Positions 38,086 through 48,625 of a DNA stretch of 64,000 bases are shown here, piece by piece. Location: NCBI GenBank assembly GCA_963663385.2, contig CAXXXD010000002.1:928001-992000 (forward strand), given 5' to 3'. Origin of the DNA: Oceanispirochaeta sp. GTDB lineage: Bacteria; Spirochaetota; Spirochaetia; DSM-2461. The first letter of the stretch is position 1, and each line of letters opens with the position of its first letter. The notes below the pieces were generated by a model, which ran no database searches, had not been told where the DNA came from, and saw nothing but the letters and a program-made list of their open reading frames with translations. The translations under genes and the position numbers were made by a program.

Positions 38086-39654
38086 TCAATAATAGGGATT
38101 AAAATATTTATTAATCATTCTAAAAAGATGCAGCTCCGAAACCGGTTTGATTAATATATCTGTAAATCCCGCCTCATCAAAAAGTTTTATATCCTCCTTC
38201 TGGGAGTAGGCGGTTACAGCGATTACGGGAATATGAAAATCACTCTTTATTCTGTTTATTTCCTGCATTACCTGAATCCCGCTGATTTCGGGAAGGCCTA
38301 TATCCATCAGAACAAGATCAAAAGATTTTTCCGATAGGACTTCCAGTGCTTCCGTACCATTTATAACCTGAGTAACATGGCATCCTGCCTCTTCCAGTAT
38401 CTTTTCCAGGTAATATATGGATACAGTATCATCTTCAACAATCAGAATGGAAAGGGACGGTATCTTTAAATCTACCGGATCCTCGATCTCCTTTTCCGTG
38501 TTGGCGTCGTGGGCTGGGATGGCAATTTGAAAGGCAGTTCCTTCCGGAGTCGATTGAAAAGTAATTGAACCATCCATGGCCGTTACCAGGCTCTGGGTGA
38601 TGGCCAGACCGAGTCCAAGACTGTTCTCTCCATTAATATATCTCTTATTTTTCTGAACAAAGGGTTTGAAAATATCATTCTGTATTTCCATGGGGATACC
38701 CTTCCCCTCGTCGGAGATTCTCAGATCCAGTTTGTCCTTATATGTATAGGCAATGGAGATTGTTCCTTTTTCCGAATATTTTATCGCGTTGGTAAGGATA
38801 TTCTCCAGGATCTGGAGGATTCTATCCCTGTCTCCTGTAAAAACGATGGATTCACCTGGATGGGTAATCTCCAGATTTAATCCTTTTTTCCGGCATTGCA
38901 GACTATATAACTGTTCCAGTTTTCTGAACAGGTCGGTTAATGAAAAAGGAGAATAACGCAAGAGCATGGAGTTATTTTCCAGCTGTGTATAATCCAGGAT
39001 ATTATTTATCAGAAAAGAGAGATGGTTGGCCGAATAATCTGCCAGGTCTATGTACAACTCCTGAAGATCCTCATCCTGTGCGCCTTTCTTCAATAAACTT
39101 AACATTCCCATTATACCGTTTAAGGGAGTCCGGAATTCATGATTGATCTGGGATATGAAAAGGGATTTTGCTTTATTGGCCTGTTCCGCTTCTTCCTTTG
39201 CGCGTTGCAGTTCAAGAGTCCTTTTTTTTATCTCCTGTTCCAACCGGCTGTTGAAAATCAGGATTTCCTCCATAGATCTTTTCAGATTGATATGGGTTCG
39301 GACCCGGGATAGAACATCCATCGATATAAAAGGCTTTGTAATGTAATCCGCTCCGCCTGCGTTAAACCCCATGACTTTCTTGCTTCCTTCCATTATTCCG
39401 GATACGAATATTACGGGAACCGCCAGTAAATGGGGTATCTTTTTTATGGCTCTGCATAGGTCTATTCCGTTCATCCCGGGGATATCTATATCCAGTAAAA
39501 ACAAATCGGGAGTGTTTTCTTCTGCATAGGCCAATGCTTCTTCGGAGGATTGAAACGGGACCGTTTCATATCCCTTTTCCGTCAGTATATCCTGCAATAG
39601 ATTTACAATGTAGATATCGTCATCTACGATTACAATTTTCCCTTTCAGTATCAT
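38086..39654 (-). CDS. Hybrid histidine kinase REC-HisKA-HATPase-REC
   Basis: N-terminal REC (VDDD, LLDI, DYITKP), AKSLF...[15 protein letters not shown]-terminal REC. Confidence 0.92.
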   Translation of the reverse strand: MILKGKIVIVDDDIYIVNLLQDILTEKGYETVPFQSSEEALAYAEENTPDLFLLDIDIPGMNGIDLCRAIKKIPHLLAVPVIFVSGIMEGSKKVMGFNAGGADYITKPFISMDVLSRVRTHINLKRSMEEILIFNSRLEQEIKKRTLELQRAKEEAEQANKAKSLFISQINHEFRTPLNGIMGMLSLLKKGAQDEDLQELYIDLADYSANHLSFLINNILDYTQLENNSMLLRYSPFSLTDLFRKLEQLYSLQCRKKGLNLEITHPGESIVFTGDRDRILQILENILTNAIKYSEKGTISIAYTYKDKLDLRISDEGKGIPMEIQNDIFKPFVQKNKRYINGENSLGLGLAITQSLVTAMDGSITFQSTPEGTAFQIAIPAHDANTEKEIEDPVDLKIPSLSILIVEDDTVSIYYLEKILEEAGCHVTQVINGTEALEVLSEKSFDLVLMDIGLPEISGIQVMQEINRIKSDFHIPVIAVTAYSQKEDIKLFDEAGFTDILIKPVSELHLFRMINKYFNPYY

Positions 39655-39664
39655 TTTTTCCTGC

Positions 39665-40396
39665 CTAACGGTTATTTTTACATGTGATCATTAGAAAATC
39701 AGCGATTTCATAAACAGTATTCATATCTTTTCGTGCATCCGGGTGTGTTTCTTCGGAACAGGGAAAAACAGAGGCTGCAATCTGGTTGCCGCTGTTTCTG
39801 CTGCAAATCCTGATTTCATAGCCTGTCATCCGGTCATAATTCATAAATCTGATATTGGCGTCCAATTGAACCCGGGTCTTAAAGTTGTCCGGTTCTTTTG
39901 AACGGATGAAAAGGTACTGGAGCAGCTGCATATTTAATAAATCATACTTATCAAAGAATAAATTCCGGCGGGACTCAAATACAATATGCAATACCGTGTT
40001 CTCAAAACAGAAGAAATACTCCATTTCATCTGAACCGGTACTTTTTTTGTAAGTGTTTTCTTCGTTATTCCTATTATACAGGAATTCCGGAATATACGAT
40101 CCCTTCGGAAGGGATATGAGAACCGCATCATGACGCCCGTCCGTCTTGTAATACTCTACAAGACGGTCGCGAAGGCGTTTGGCCTCAACCCGGACTCTCG
40201 GATTCTGCTGCTGATCAAAGTCTGCATTCAGACCGAACGCTTCAATTGCGATTGTATACTCTTTGATTTGATCGGTTTCACCGTTCAGGGTTTTATAACA
40301 TACATATTTTAAAAAACTGACAGACCTTTTGGATGATTTGAAGGAATCATGAGATACTATTTTTTGAATCTGATTCTGGACTGTTTCTTTTTTCAT
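39665..40396 (-). CDS. Hypothetical protein with N-terminal wHTH-like domain of the type seen in TPR/TolB-like regulators
   Basis: F..S.R...FL.Y....L.G....IKEYTIA.E.FG...DFD...NP.VRVEA.RLR..L..YY...G.....I.LPKG.Y.P.F. Confidence 0.7.
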   Translation of the reverse strand: MKKETVQNQIQKIVSHDSFKSSKRSVSFLKYVCYKTLNGETDQIKEYTIAIEAFGLNADFDQQQNPRVRVEAKRLRDRLVEYYKTDGRHDAVLISLPKGSYIPEFLYNRNNEENTYKKSTGSDEMEYFFCFENTVLHIVFESRRNLFFDKYDLLNMQLLQYLFIRSKEPDNFKTRVQLDANIRFMNYDRMTGYEIRICSRNSGNQIAASVFPCSEETHPDARKDMNTVYEIADFLMITCKNNR

Positions 40397-40496
40397 GATA
40401 ATTGAAATGATTATATCTTAAACAGATAAAATAAGGATGATTTTTCCGGATGTAACTGTTACACATGGGCAGCTGTTCCATCCGGTACCGAATTGT

Positions 40497-43400
40497 CTAG
40501 CGTTTCAGGAGTTCCTGTATGCTGCCTATGAGAAGATTGATGGACAGAGGTTTCTGGACAATTTTCATACTCTCCTTTATCAATATTTCTTTATTCTGAA
40601 GGTCTTCCAGATATCCGGTCATAAAGAGAGTTTTCAGATGGGGAGACTTTTCGGTCAGCTTGTCATGCAGGGTGATTCCGTCCCGGCCAGGTAAAACGAT
40701 ATCCGTTAACAGTAAATCAATGGAATCAGCGCCTTCTGTACAGATTTCCAATGCCTCCTCGGCAGATTCAGCCGGAATGACATTATACCCGTACTGATCA
40801 AGGATAGTCGATGTAACAGTTCTTACCTGGGGGTCATCTTCCACAAGGAGGATTGTTCCGGTGGATCGGGATTCTACGGAATGTAAATCTTCCTCTTCCC
40901 TGGCCGGTGAATTCTCCTCTATTACGGGAAGGGATATACGTACAACCGTTCCTTTGCCAACTGTGCTGTTTACCGATATCTCCCCTTTGTGCTGCTTGAC
41001 GATACTGTGAACATTGGCTAATCCCAATCCTGTCCCTTTGTCTCCCTTGGTGGAATAATAGGGTTCGAATATCTTATCTATGTTATCCCGACTGATACCG
41101 CATCCCGTATCGGAAATTTTAACAGCGATCCGGTAGAATCCCTCTCTGTGTTCTTTCTCCGTTTGTATTGTAATCGTTCCTCCCCCGGGCATGGCATCCT
41201 GGGCATTTACTGCCAGATTCATAATTATCAGCTCGATTTTTCCGGGATCGGCGTTAACGGATGGTAAATCAAGATCCAGGATTGTCCGGATTGTAATATT
41301 CTCCCTTAGTGTTCTTTTAAGCAGATGCATAAAATCCGAAACAAGAATATTCAGGTTAACCGCGTGAAATTCCAGGTCATGTTTACGGCTGAAAGTCAGC
41401 AGCTGTTTGATAAGCTTCCTGGCTCTTTCTCCGGCTTCCTGAATCTGCCTGATCCTCTTCTGTTTCATTTCGTCCAGAGTCGAATCATTCAATAACAGCT
41501 CACTGTACCCCAGTATGGGCGAGAGCATATTGTTCAGGTCATGGGCAATCCCTCCGGCAAGGCGCCCGATGGATTCTTCCTTTTGCGCCTGATAATACTG
41601 CTCTTCCAAACGGACGTTTTCCTTCTCTATTTTCAGTTGTTCCGTAATATCCCGTTCCATACAGACGTAGTGTATAATAGCGCCTTCCGGGTTAATAATC
41701 GGAAAAACACTGGCCTCCACGATATAGTCGGAACCGTCCTTCCTTTTATTGCATATACGGCCGGACCATAGCCTTTTAGAGGATACGGTCTGCCAGATTT
41801 CCTGATAGGAGTCGCTGTCTATCAGGTGACTCTTAAGCACGCAGGCGGCAGGAAGATGCAGTACTTCGGCTTCCGAATAACCGGAGATCTGTTCGAATGA
41901 GGGGTTTACAAATACGATATTCCCTTTTGAATCTGTCACTATAATGCTGTCATGGCTCTGTTTATATGCGGATATAAGAATCTCCCGTTCCTTCTCTTTT
42001 TCCTTTCTTTCTGTAATATCCTGTATCCTGTGTACATATCCCTTAGAGTAATCTGCTGTATCCAATGGACTGGCGCATACTGAAATGTTGATCAGCCGGC
42101 CTGTTTTATGTTTCCAAACAGCTTCTATTGTGCTGATGCCCTTAAAGGAGAACTGGGCCGCTTCTTCCTGTAATACGCGGTTGTATTCCTCCCGGTCGGC
42201 ATACAGGATCTCTCTATTCTGATTTATCAGTTCTTCGGAAGAATACCCGGTTATATCATGAATCCTGTTATTGATATGCAGGATTCTGTTATCCTTTATT
42301 ACGCCGATTCCTACAGGGGCTACTTTTAAAATACCCCGCAAGTATTCCTCTTTTTCTTTAATATCGCTGATAATTTCTGTCCGGACGGCAATATACTTCT
42401 TCAGTTTGAGGTTCTGAAACGCAATCGTCGAGATTTGTTTTGTTATTGTGTTCAGCAAAGACACCGCTGCCTTGAGATCATCGGATGTCATCCGGGTGGT
42501 GTTCCGGTAAGCATTATACAGAATCTCCGGATCGGCTCCGATCTCTTCGGCGTAGGAATAGATAAATTCCTTTTGATCTTCTGTTCCCCGGACTTGACCT
42601 ATAAGCCATGTGGCAACATGTTTCCCCCCGATTATTATGGGTGAGCTTGAGTCCCACAGTCTGCCGCTGGAGCAGCAGTATGTATTGGGTAAATAATCTG
42701 AGTCCTGTATCCGGGAGTCCGATTTTATACAATTGCCGTAGCCCTTCTGAGTTTTTCGTATGATCCGGCAGTATTCGCTGAAATTGACTGGAGGCAGAAT
42801 CGGTTCGCCTTCAGGATCTGCAATAATGGAGGATACACCGGTTACACGGCAGAATTCTTTCTGAAGCAGATGAATCTGTTCCAGATCGAAATAATCCTCC
42901 AGCTGCAGATCCGGCTCGCCCTCATTATGTATTTTCGCTGCTGTGTCTTTTTCTGATGCTTTATTTATAAACACCTGTGAATCAGGATCTATTTTTGTTT
43001 CGGAGGCTGCTTTTTTCTTGTTTATTCTATTTTGAATACGAATCGACCAGATGGCATCGGAGAGGTCTTCCGCTAAAGTATTGACAAATTCCGGATCAAT
43101 AGAGATGACCGGGTCTATGGAGTAGGACGCGCAGAATACACCGAGGCGGATCCCGCGGTGAAAAAGGGGGATCAGGAGCTTCCGGTTATTTTTAAAGTAT
43201 GAATGAAGGGGACACTCCGAACAGTATGTATCGGGGCTCTTCAGAATAATTCCTTCCTTATGATCCAGCATTTCAATATAACAGATTGGAATGCGGCCTG
43301 AATCGAATACCTGCTCCATTGCGTTTGCCGAATTCCGATCCCAGCGGGTATAGTGGGGAATTTCACTATTGTCCTTATCCAGAATCAGCCAGGCCTGATT

Positions 43401-43541
43401 GATTTCTATCCTGTTTGAAATATACCAGCATGCCGTATCCAGAATGGACTGCAGATTTTTTCCTTCCCGGATATTCTTATGAATCGTACTTGTTATCTGA
43501 ATGGATTCGAAATGGTCCAACGCTGTTAAAGTTTTTATCAT
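40497..43541 (-). CDS. Cytoplasmic hybrid sensor kinase GAF-PocR-PAS-PAS-HisKA-HATPase-REC
   Basis: PocR motifs (YC.IIR, C..SD, WD...PI.IGG.HVA.WLIGQV), two PAS/PAC, AGGIAHDLNN, NA.DAMP.GG, GTGLGL, C-terminal REC. Confidence 0.9.
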   Translation of the reverse strand: MIKTLTALDHFESIQITSTIHKNIREGKNLQSILDTACWYISNRIEINQAWLILDKDNSEIPHYTRWDRNSANAMEQVFDSGRIPICYIEMLDHKEGIILKSPDTYCSECPLHSYFKNNRKLLIPLFHRGIRLGVFCASYSIDPVISIDPEFVNTLAEDLSDAIWSIRIQNRINKKKAASETKIDPDSQVFINKASEKDTAAKIHNEGEPDLQLEDYFDLEQIHLLQKEFCRVTGVSSIIADPEGEPILPPVNFSEYCRIIRKTQKGYGNCIKSDSRIQDSDYLPNTYCCSSGRLWDSSSPIIIGGKHVATWLIGQVRGTEDQKEFIYSYAEEIGADPEILYNAYRNTTRMTSDDLKAAVSLLNTITKQISTIAFQNLKLKKYIAVRTEIISDIKEKEEYLRGILKVAPVGIGVIKDNRILHINNRIHDITGYSSEELINQNREILYADREEYNRVLQEEAAQFSFKGISTIEAVWKHKTGRLINISVCASPLDTADYSKGYVHRIQDITERKEKEKEREILISAYKQSHDSIIVTDSKGNIVFVNPSFEQISGYSEAEVLHLPAACVLKSHLIDSDSYQEIWQTVSSKRLWSGRICNKRKDGSDYIVEASVFPIINPEGAIIHYVCMERDITEQLKIEKENVRLEEQYYQAQKEESIGRLAGGIAHDLNNMLSPILGYSELLLNDSTLDEMKQKRIRQIQEAGERARKLIKQLLTFSRKHDLEFHAVNLNILVSDFMHLLKRTLRENITIRTILDLDLPSVNADPGKIELIIMNLAVNAQDAMPGGGTITIQTEKEHREGFYRIAVKISDTGCGISRDNIDKIFEPYYSTKGDKGTGLGLANVHSIVKQHKGEISVNSTVGKGTVVRISLPVIEENSPAREEEDLHSVESRSTGTILLVEDDPQVRTVTSTILDQYGYNVIPAESAEEALEICTEGADSIDLLLTDIVLPGRDGITLHDKLTEKSPHLKTLFMTGYLEDLQNKEILIKESMKIVQKPLSINLLIGSIQELLKR

Positions 43542-43689
43542 GATGCACCTAAAAATAAACGCCTTTACTTTGTTTTATCAGTCTAACATATCAGATTTTC
43601 AAATAATATAATAGTTGTTGAAAATAATGATCTTTAAAAAATATATAATGTTAAAACGTTTACAGGTATGGGATTACTGTATTTTAACT

Positions 43690-44844
43690 TCAGACTGCTT
43701 CTGTCAGGGAAGCCGGCCGGTTTGTGTCCCCGTTGTCATGAAATTGTTCGCTGACCTCTAAAATTTCATTTCTGCAATTTAGAAATGCCTCAACAAAATC
43801 CGGATCAAACTGTTTCCCCTTCTGTTCCGATAAGTATTGAAAACAGGCCTGATTATCCCAGCTCTCTTTGTAGGGTCTTGAACTGCCTAATGCATCGAAT
43901 ACATCCGCAATGGCTACGATCCGGGCTTCTATTGGAATTTCATCACCAACCAGACGGTAGGGATACCCTGTCCCGTCAAACCTCTCATGATGAAATTTGG
44001 CAATATTGATCGCGGTCTCCAGCAGATTATCTGAATCGGGCATTTTCTGATAAACATAGGATAGGCTGAAAATCCGGGATTCCAGGAATTGGCTGGTTAG
44101 TATTTCTTCTCCGTAAACAGGATGCTTCTGGATCTCTTTTATCTCATTTTTATCCAGTTTCCCTTTCTTCAACAGTATGGATTCGGGGATACCGATTTTA
44201 CCGATATCATGCAGAGGGGACGCCATCTGGATTGTCTGAATAAAATCTTCATCCATATTGAGCTTGCGGGCAAGGATGGTACTGTAATTTGACACACGGA
44301 TAACATGCTGACCGGTTTCATAATCCTTGAACTCTGCCGCACGGGATAGTATGCCCACCAGCTGGCTTCTGGAATCATGGAGCTCTCTGTTTTTTATTTT
44401 CAGTTCCTTTGTCCTTTTGTCCACCAGTTCTTCCAGATGGTTTTTATATAACTTATTTTCCAGGAGCAGTTCTCTTTTTTCCAATGCGGCTTTAATCGTT
44501 TTTAAAAATAAAGGAAAGCCGGTTATCGGTTTTTTTATGTAGTCATAGATCCCGGAATGGAACGCATCAATGGTTGATTGTATATCATTATTTCCCGAAA
44601 CGATTATATAGGCCGTATCCGGGAACCGCTTCCGGGCTTTTCTGATGAATTCAATACCGCTCATGCTTCCCGGCATCATCATATCGGTTAAAACCAGGTC
44701 TATCCGGATCGACTGCATGATACTTAAGGCTTCTATCCCTTCCTCAGCCTGTAATACAAAGTAATCTTTTTCCAATACCGATGATAACAGATCCCGTAAG
44801 CTCCTATCATCATCCAGTATCAGTATCTGATATTTAGAATCCAT
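43690..44844 (-). CDS. Response regulator with HD-GYP phosphodiesterase domain (RpfG-like)
   Basis: REC domain, ETGQH..RV, HDIGKIG, HHERFDGTGYP, ADVFDAL, RPYK. Confidence 0.93.
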   Translation of the reverse strand: MDSKYQILILDDDRSLRDLLSSVLEKDYFVLQAEEGIEALSIMQSIRIDLVLTDMMMPGSMSGIEFIRKARKRFPDTAYIIVSGNNDIQSTIDAFHSGIYDYIKKPITGFPLFLKTIKAALEKRELLLENKLYKNHLEELVDKRTKELKIKNRELHDSRSQLVGILSRAAEFKDYETGQHVIRVSNYSTILARKLNMDEDFIQTIQMASPLHDIGKIGIPESILLKKGKLDKNEIKEIQKHPVYGEEILTSQFLESRIFSLSYVYQKMPDSDNLLETAINIAKFHHERFDGTGYPYRLVGDEIPIEARIVAIADVFDALGSSRPYKESWDNQACFQYLSEQKGKQFDPDFVEAFLNCRNEILEVSEQFHDNGDTNRPASLTEAV

Positions 44845-44917
44845 ATCGTGTCTGCCCGATAGTATCAGTTTTTCTATGGACAGGCTGCTCTCCCTAATGG
44901 AAAAGGTGCTTTTCAAG

Positions 44918-46894
44918 TCAGAACTCGATGAAATCGCTGTCATTAACACTCCCTCCAGAAGTCCGCCTGTCTATGCTTGCTATGGAAGATGCCAAAAGCA
45001 GCTTCCTGTGTTTTTTCTCGGGGGATGTTTTCTTTAATGTCTTATCATTCAAATCTCTCTTTTGACTGTCGTCGGTCTGGAAATAGCTGACAGCTTCTAT
45101 CATCGTATGGGCCTGGGCAGACATCTCTTCCGACATGGATGCCAACTCTTCCGAGGCAGAAGCATTCTGCTGTATAACCGTATCCAATTGAACCACAGAA
45201 TCATTAATCTGAGAGGAGCCGATCGTCTGTTCTTTACTGGCATAGGAAATCTCTTCTACCAGTTCCGCCGTCTTTTTCATCAGGGGTAGAACTTTTTCGA
45301 TTCTTTTCTGAGCCTGTTCTGCCTGATGGACACTGCTTTTCGTAATTTCAGTAATCTCTTTGGCCGCTATCGCACTGGATTCCGCCAGTTTCCTGACTTC
45401 TGAAGCAACTACTGCAAATCCTTTTCCAGCTTCACCGGCTCTTGCCGCCTCAATTGCCGCGTTCAGTGCCAGCAGATTCGTATTCCTTGCCAGTTCTTCA
45501 ACAATGGCTGTTTTCTCGTCGATTATCCGCATGGCATTTAGTGTCTCTGTAACTGAGTCGCTGGCTTCTTTAGCATTCTCTGTCACTTCCTGAGACATGG
45601 TGTTGGAGTGTGCCGCATTATCGGAATTCTGTTGAATATTGGAGTTCAACTCCTCTATGGACGCTGAAATTTCTTCCATATTGGCTGCCTGTTCGCTGGC
45701 ACCGGATGAGATTTCACTGGCTGATTCTGCAATCTGGTCAGATCCGTTTGTCAGTTCCTTCGCCGATTCGGTTATGGCAATCACAATTGATTTCAATCGG
45801 GACGTCATTGTTTCCATCGACCCGTATATCCCTGTCAGTTTCTTTTCCGGGAAAGTTAAAGTAAGGTCCCCTTTGGCAATGCTTGATGCAATCGCCTCTA
45901 TTTCATAGGGTTCTCCCCCCAACTGGCGTGAAAGAGAGGATGTTATAAGAAAGGTGATTCCAATACTGAATAAAATGGCAACAATGCTGAAAAGGACGGC
46001 AATGGCAATATTCAGTTTTGCTCTTTGATTAATGACTTCTTCAATACTAGCTCTGATCTGATCTCCCTCTTTCATAACCTCAAGAGCGTGACTTTGCTGG
46101 TCGGCATATATTTCTGTCTGGCTGTTTTCTAAATCAACGAACTCTGAAATTGTTTCCTGATATATATCGATCTGATTCAGACAGGTTTCAATATATATAT
46201 GAAACTCTTCTGCGTTTATGTTCTTTTCATAATCCAGCAACAGATTCCGTGACTGAATGATTCCGGTCGTCCAGCTTTCCAGATAAGCCGCTTTTTCTTC
46301 TTTTTTAACGGCTTGTTTGTACTTCTCGGCATTAATATGATACTCATAGGTCACATTCAATATCTTCTGCAGTTTCTGCAGCCCCCGAACCTGATCTCTG
46401 TACTCTCCGCCGGAAAGGCTATCGCTGGAAAGCCGATCTTCAGTCAGGCCGATTATCTGATGAATCGTCTGCTGTAATTTTCGGGCCGCATCGGATCGTA
46501 TCCTGTCGCTTTCATTCCTTTGCATCTGAATCCGGTAAGATTCCTGATTCAGGGATTCATACTCTTCCATATTGTTAATCAATTGAGTCAGCAGCTGCTG
46601 GTCCTGCCGGAAGACCATCCTGTCGTAAGCTGTTTCTGCCTTTGCAACGCCCTTGATTATGGCGTCTTCAGCCTTCTGTATATAGGATTCATCCTGGTAG
46701 ATAATGTAACGGAGGGTTGCTGCCTGCGCTTCCTGGGAATAGGACAGGGACTGATTTGTCAGATAATTGGTACCATTCATGTGGATGATCTGATTAATAC
46801 CTCTGGTTCCGAGGAATCCTACGGTTACAGTGAATGCAATCAGCAAGGTAAAACTTGATAGAATCTTTGTTCGAATTTTCATCTTTTTAAACAT
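44918..46894 (-). CDS. Methyl-accepting chemotaxis protein
   Basis: Two TM segments, helical periplasmic domain, [35 protein letters not shown]-terminal pentapeptide DFIEF; AGGAG SD. Confidence 0.95.
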   Translation of the reverse strand: MFKKMKIRTKILSSFTLLIAFTVTVGFLGTRGINQIIHMNGTNYLTNQSLSYSQEAQAATLRYIIYQDESYIQKAEDAIIKGVAKAETAYDRMVFRQDQQLLTQLINNMEEYESLNQESYRIQMQRNESDRIRSDAARKLQQTIHQIIGLTEDRLSSDSLSGGEYRDQVRGLQKLQKILNVTYEYHINAEKYKQAVKKEEKAAYLESWTTGIIQSRNLLLDYEKNINAEEFHIYIETCLNQIDIYQETISEFVDLENSQTEIYADQQSHALEVMKEGDQIRASIEEVINQRAKLNIAIAVLFSIVAILFSIGITFLITSSLSRQLGGEPYEIEAIASSIAKGDLTLTFPEKKLTGIYGSMETMTSRLKSIVIAITESAKELTNGSDQIAESASEISSGASEQAANMEEISASIEELNSNIQQNSDNAAHSNTMSQEVTENAKEASDSVTETLNAMRIIDEKTAIVEELARNTNLLALNAAIEAARAGEAGKGFAVVASEVRKLAESSAIAAKEITEITKSSVHQAEQAQKRIEKVLPLMKKTAELVEEISYASKEQTIGSSQINDSVVQLDTVIQQNASASEELASMSEEMSAQAHTMIEAVSYFQTDDSQKRDLNDKTLKKTSPEKKHRKLLLASSIASIDRRTSGGSVNDSDFIEF

Positions 46895-47046
46895 AACGGT
46901 CTCCTGTGTTATATCCCTTGAACTTAGAGAAATTGCACAGAAAAAATAAGTATCATTTTTCATGTAACGGTAACAAAGGTTTATTAAGGAGTCTTACCGT
47001 AATGGAAACGGTAGGGAGCTGTTACGGGTAGTGTATCAGGGGAGGG

Positions 47047-47082
47047 TGCGGATGAACCGAGAGAACATTCGTTTCATCCGCA
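47047..47082 (-). terminator. Stem-loop downstream of the GH4 gene
   Basis: TGCGGATGAA / TTCATCCGCA inverted repeat. Confidence 0.55.
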
Positions 47083-47087
47083 GATTT

Positions 47088-48455
47088 CTATTTCAGATAA
47101 TCCAGCCAGGGACTCTGACGGCTTATCATCCGGTCTACCATCTCTTTCAGGGGACGGGCCCTGTTGACTACAGGGTTGGCCAGCAGTGACTGAATCACAT
47201 AATCCCTGCTCTGGTTCAGAACTGCTTCCGCCAGAAGGTCATAGGCTCCCGTGTAATTCCGGAGAAGAGCTGTAAATCCTTTGGGGAGATCCAGTTTGCG
47301 TCCCGTGATTCCGTCTTTTGAAATAATACCGGGTACTTCAACGGCAATCCAGTCGGGAAGATCCGCAATCAGTCCATTGTTGATAATATTGACTGCCGGC
47401 TCCAAATAACCGCTGTTGTCAATCATCCCTTCGGCAATGGGAACAAAGCGTTCCTTGCAGATCATCTCTATTTCTGCTTTGCCTTCAGCGCTCAGCATAA
47501 CCTTGTAGATGTCGAAGAAGTCCATGATTCCCCTGTTATCCACAACTTCCCAGGCCCAGCTGAGGTACTCCCCGAAGTGGCTGTCACCTGTAATGGGCAG
47601 CAGGTTGTATGTATCCATGATAAAACGGAAGAGATTCCTGTCCGCCCATTCATAGGCGCTGCCCTCTTCCAGTCCCAGCTGCAAACGGCCTTTGGAACCT
47701 TCCGTATGGATGATTTCTCCGGTTTTTTTATAGTAATCCAGCATATCGCTGTACCCGGGCTCCCTGCTGAAAAACTCATAAGCCTTCTCCATAATGGCAG
47801 GGTAGAGATCATCTCCGGTCTTTCGGTCTTTTGCTTCCAGAAGGCAGCTGAAGTGGTTGAGCCCTCCTGCAATCAGTTCCATATCCTTGTAGGGTTTGTT
47901 CAGCATGGAGGGTATGTAACGTTCCAGTGAGGCTATCTCGTGGCACATACCGGTGAATCTGATACCCGGGAAGGCACGGTGAACCGTTGTAGTAATCGCT
48001 GTCATGGGATTGGAGTAACAGAATATCTGGGCTTCAGGGCAAATCTCCACGGCATCCCGGCAGATCTCAAGAATGGGAGGCAGGATCCTGAGGGCATGAA
48101 AAGTTCCCCCGGGACCTCCGTTTTCTCCATATACCTGCTTAAACCCATACTGCTGGGGTACCTTCCAGTCCTCTTCCCATAGTCTGAACCTGTCACCCGC
48201 TTCAATCGAAAGAATTATATGATCAGCTCCCTTAAAGGCAGCCTTTCTGTCCAGAGTGGTGTGAATGGCAAAGTCCAGATTATGTTTCTTCAGGAATCCT
48301 ACTGTTTCGTCCCTGACGTTCTGCAGCGCCTTTTCATTAATATCAAGCAGGGTTATTTCTGAACCTGTCAGTTTTTTACTGGAAAAAATATCCCCCAGCA
48401 TTCCCAACCCGAACTGGGCGCTTCCTGCGCCGACCAATACGATTTTCTTGCTCAT
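47088..48455 (-). CDS. Family 4 glycoside hydrolase (NAD+-dependent alpha-glucosidase/alpha-galactosidase)
   Basis: KIVLVGAGS, GENGGPGG, YSNPM, GMCH, GGLNHF, DSHFGEY, VEVP. Confidence 0.92.
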   Translation of the reverse strand: MSKKIVLVGAGSAQFGLGMLGDIFSSKKLTGSEITLLDINEKALQNVRDETVGFLKKHNLDFAIHTTLDRKAAFKGADHIILSIEAGDRFRLWEEDWKVPQQYGFKQVYGENGGPGGTFHALRILPPILEICRDAVEICPEAQIFCYSNPMTAITTTVHRAFPGIRFTGMCHEIASLERYIPSMLNKPYKDMELIAGGLNHFSCLLEAKDRKTGDDLYPAIMEKAYEFFSREPGYSDMLDYYKKTGEIIHTEGSKGRLQLGLEEGSAYEWADRNLFRFIMDTYNLLPITGDSHFGEYLSWAWEVVDNRGIMDFFDIYKVMLSAEGKAEIEMICKERFVPIAEGMIDNSGYLEPAVNIINNGLIADLPDWIAVEVPGIISKDGITGRKLDLPKGFTALLRNYTGAYDLLAEAVLNQSRDYVIQSLLANPVVNRARPLKEMVDRMISRQSPWLDYLK

Positions 48456-48590
48456 GACCGCATTCTCCTGTTCTATTTTATATAGTTACTATTTAAAAGC
48501 ATTTCTGAAATAAATCAATATAAATTTCGAAAAATAAATAAAAAACATGAAAATAAATGAAAAATATAGTGAAAATTATCATTGTGAGAA

Positions 48591-48619
48591 TTGACAGTCC
48601 CTGACCTGGAGGCTAATAT
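48591..48619 (+). promoter_or_regulatory. sigma70 promoter of the LacI gene (probably leaderless)
   Basis: TTGACA-N17-TAATAT, ATG 6 nt downstream. Confidence 0.6.
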
Positions 48620-48625
48620 CGCATT

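Noticed and set aside
46961..47040. Possible c-di-GMP riboswitch upstream of the MCP and HD-GYP genes
   Set aside because: Hairpins are present but the conserved GEMM-I/II sequence features were not found on the coding strand
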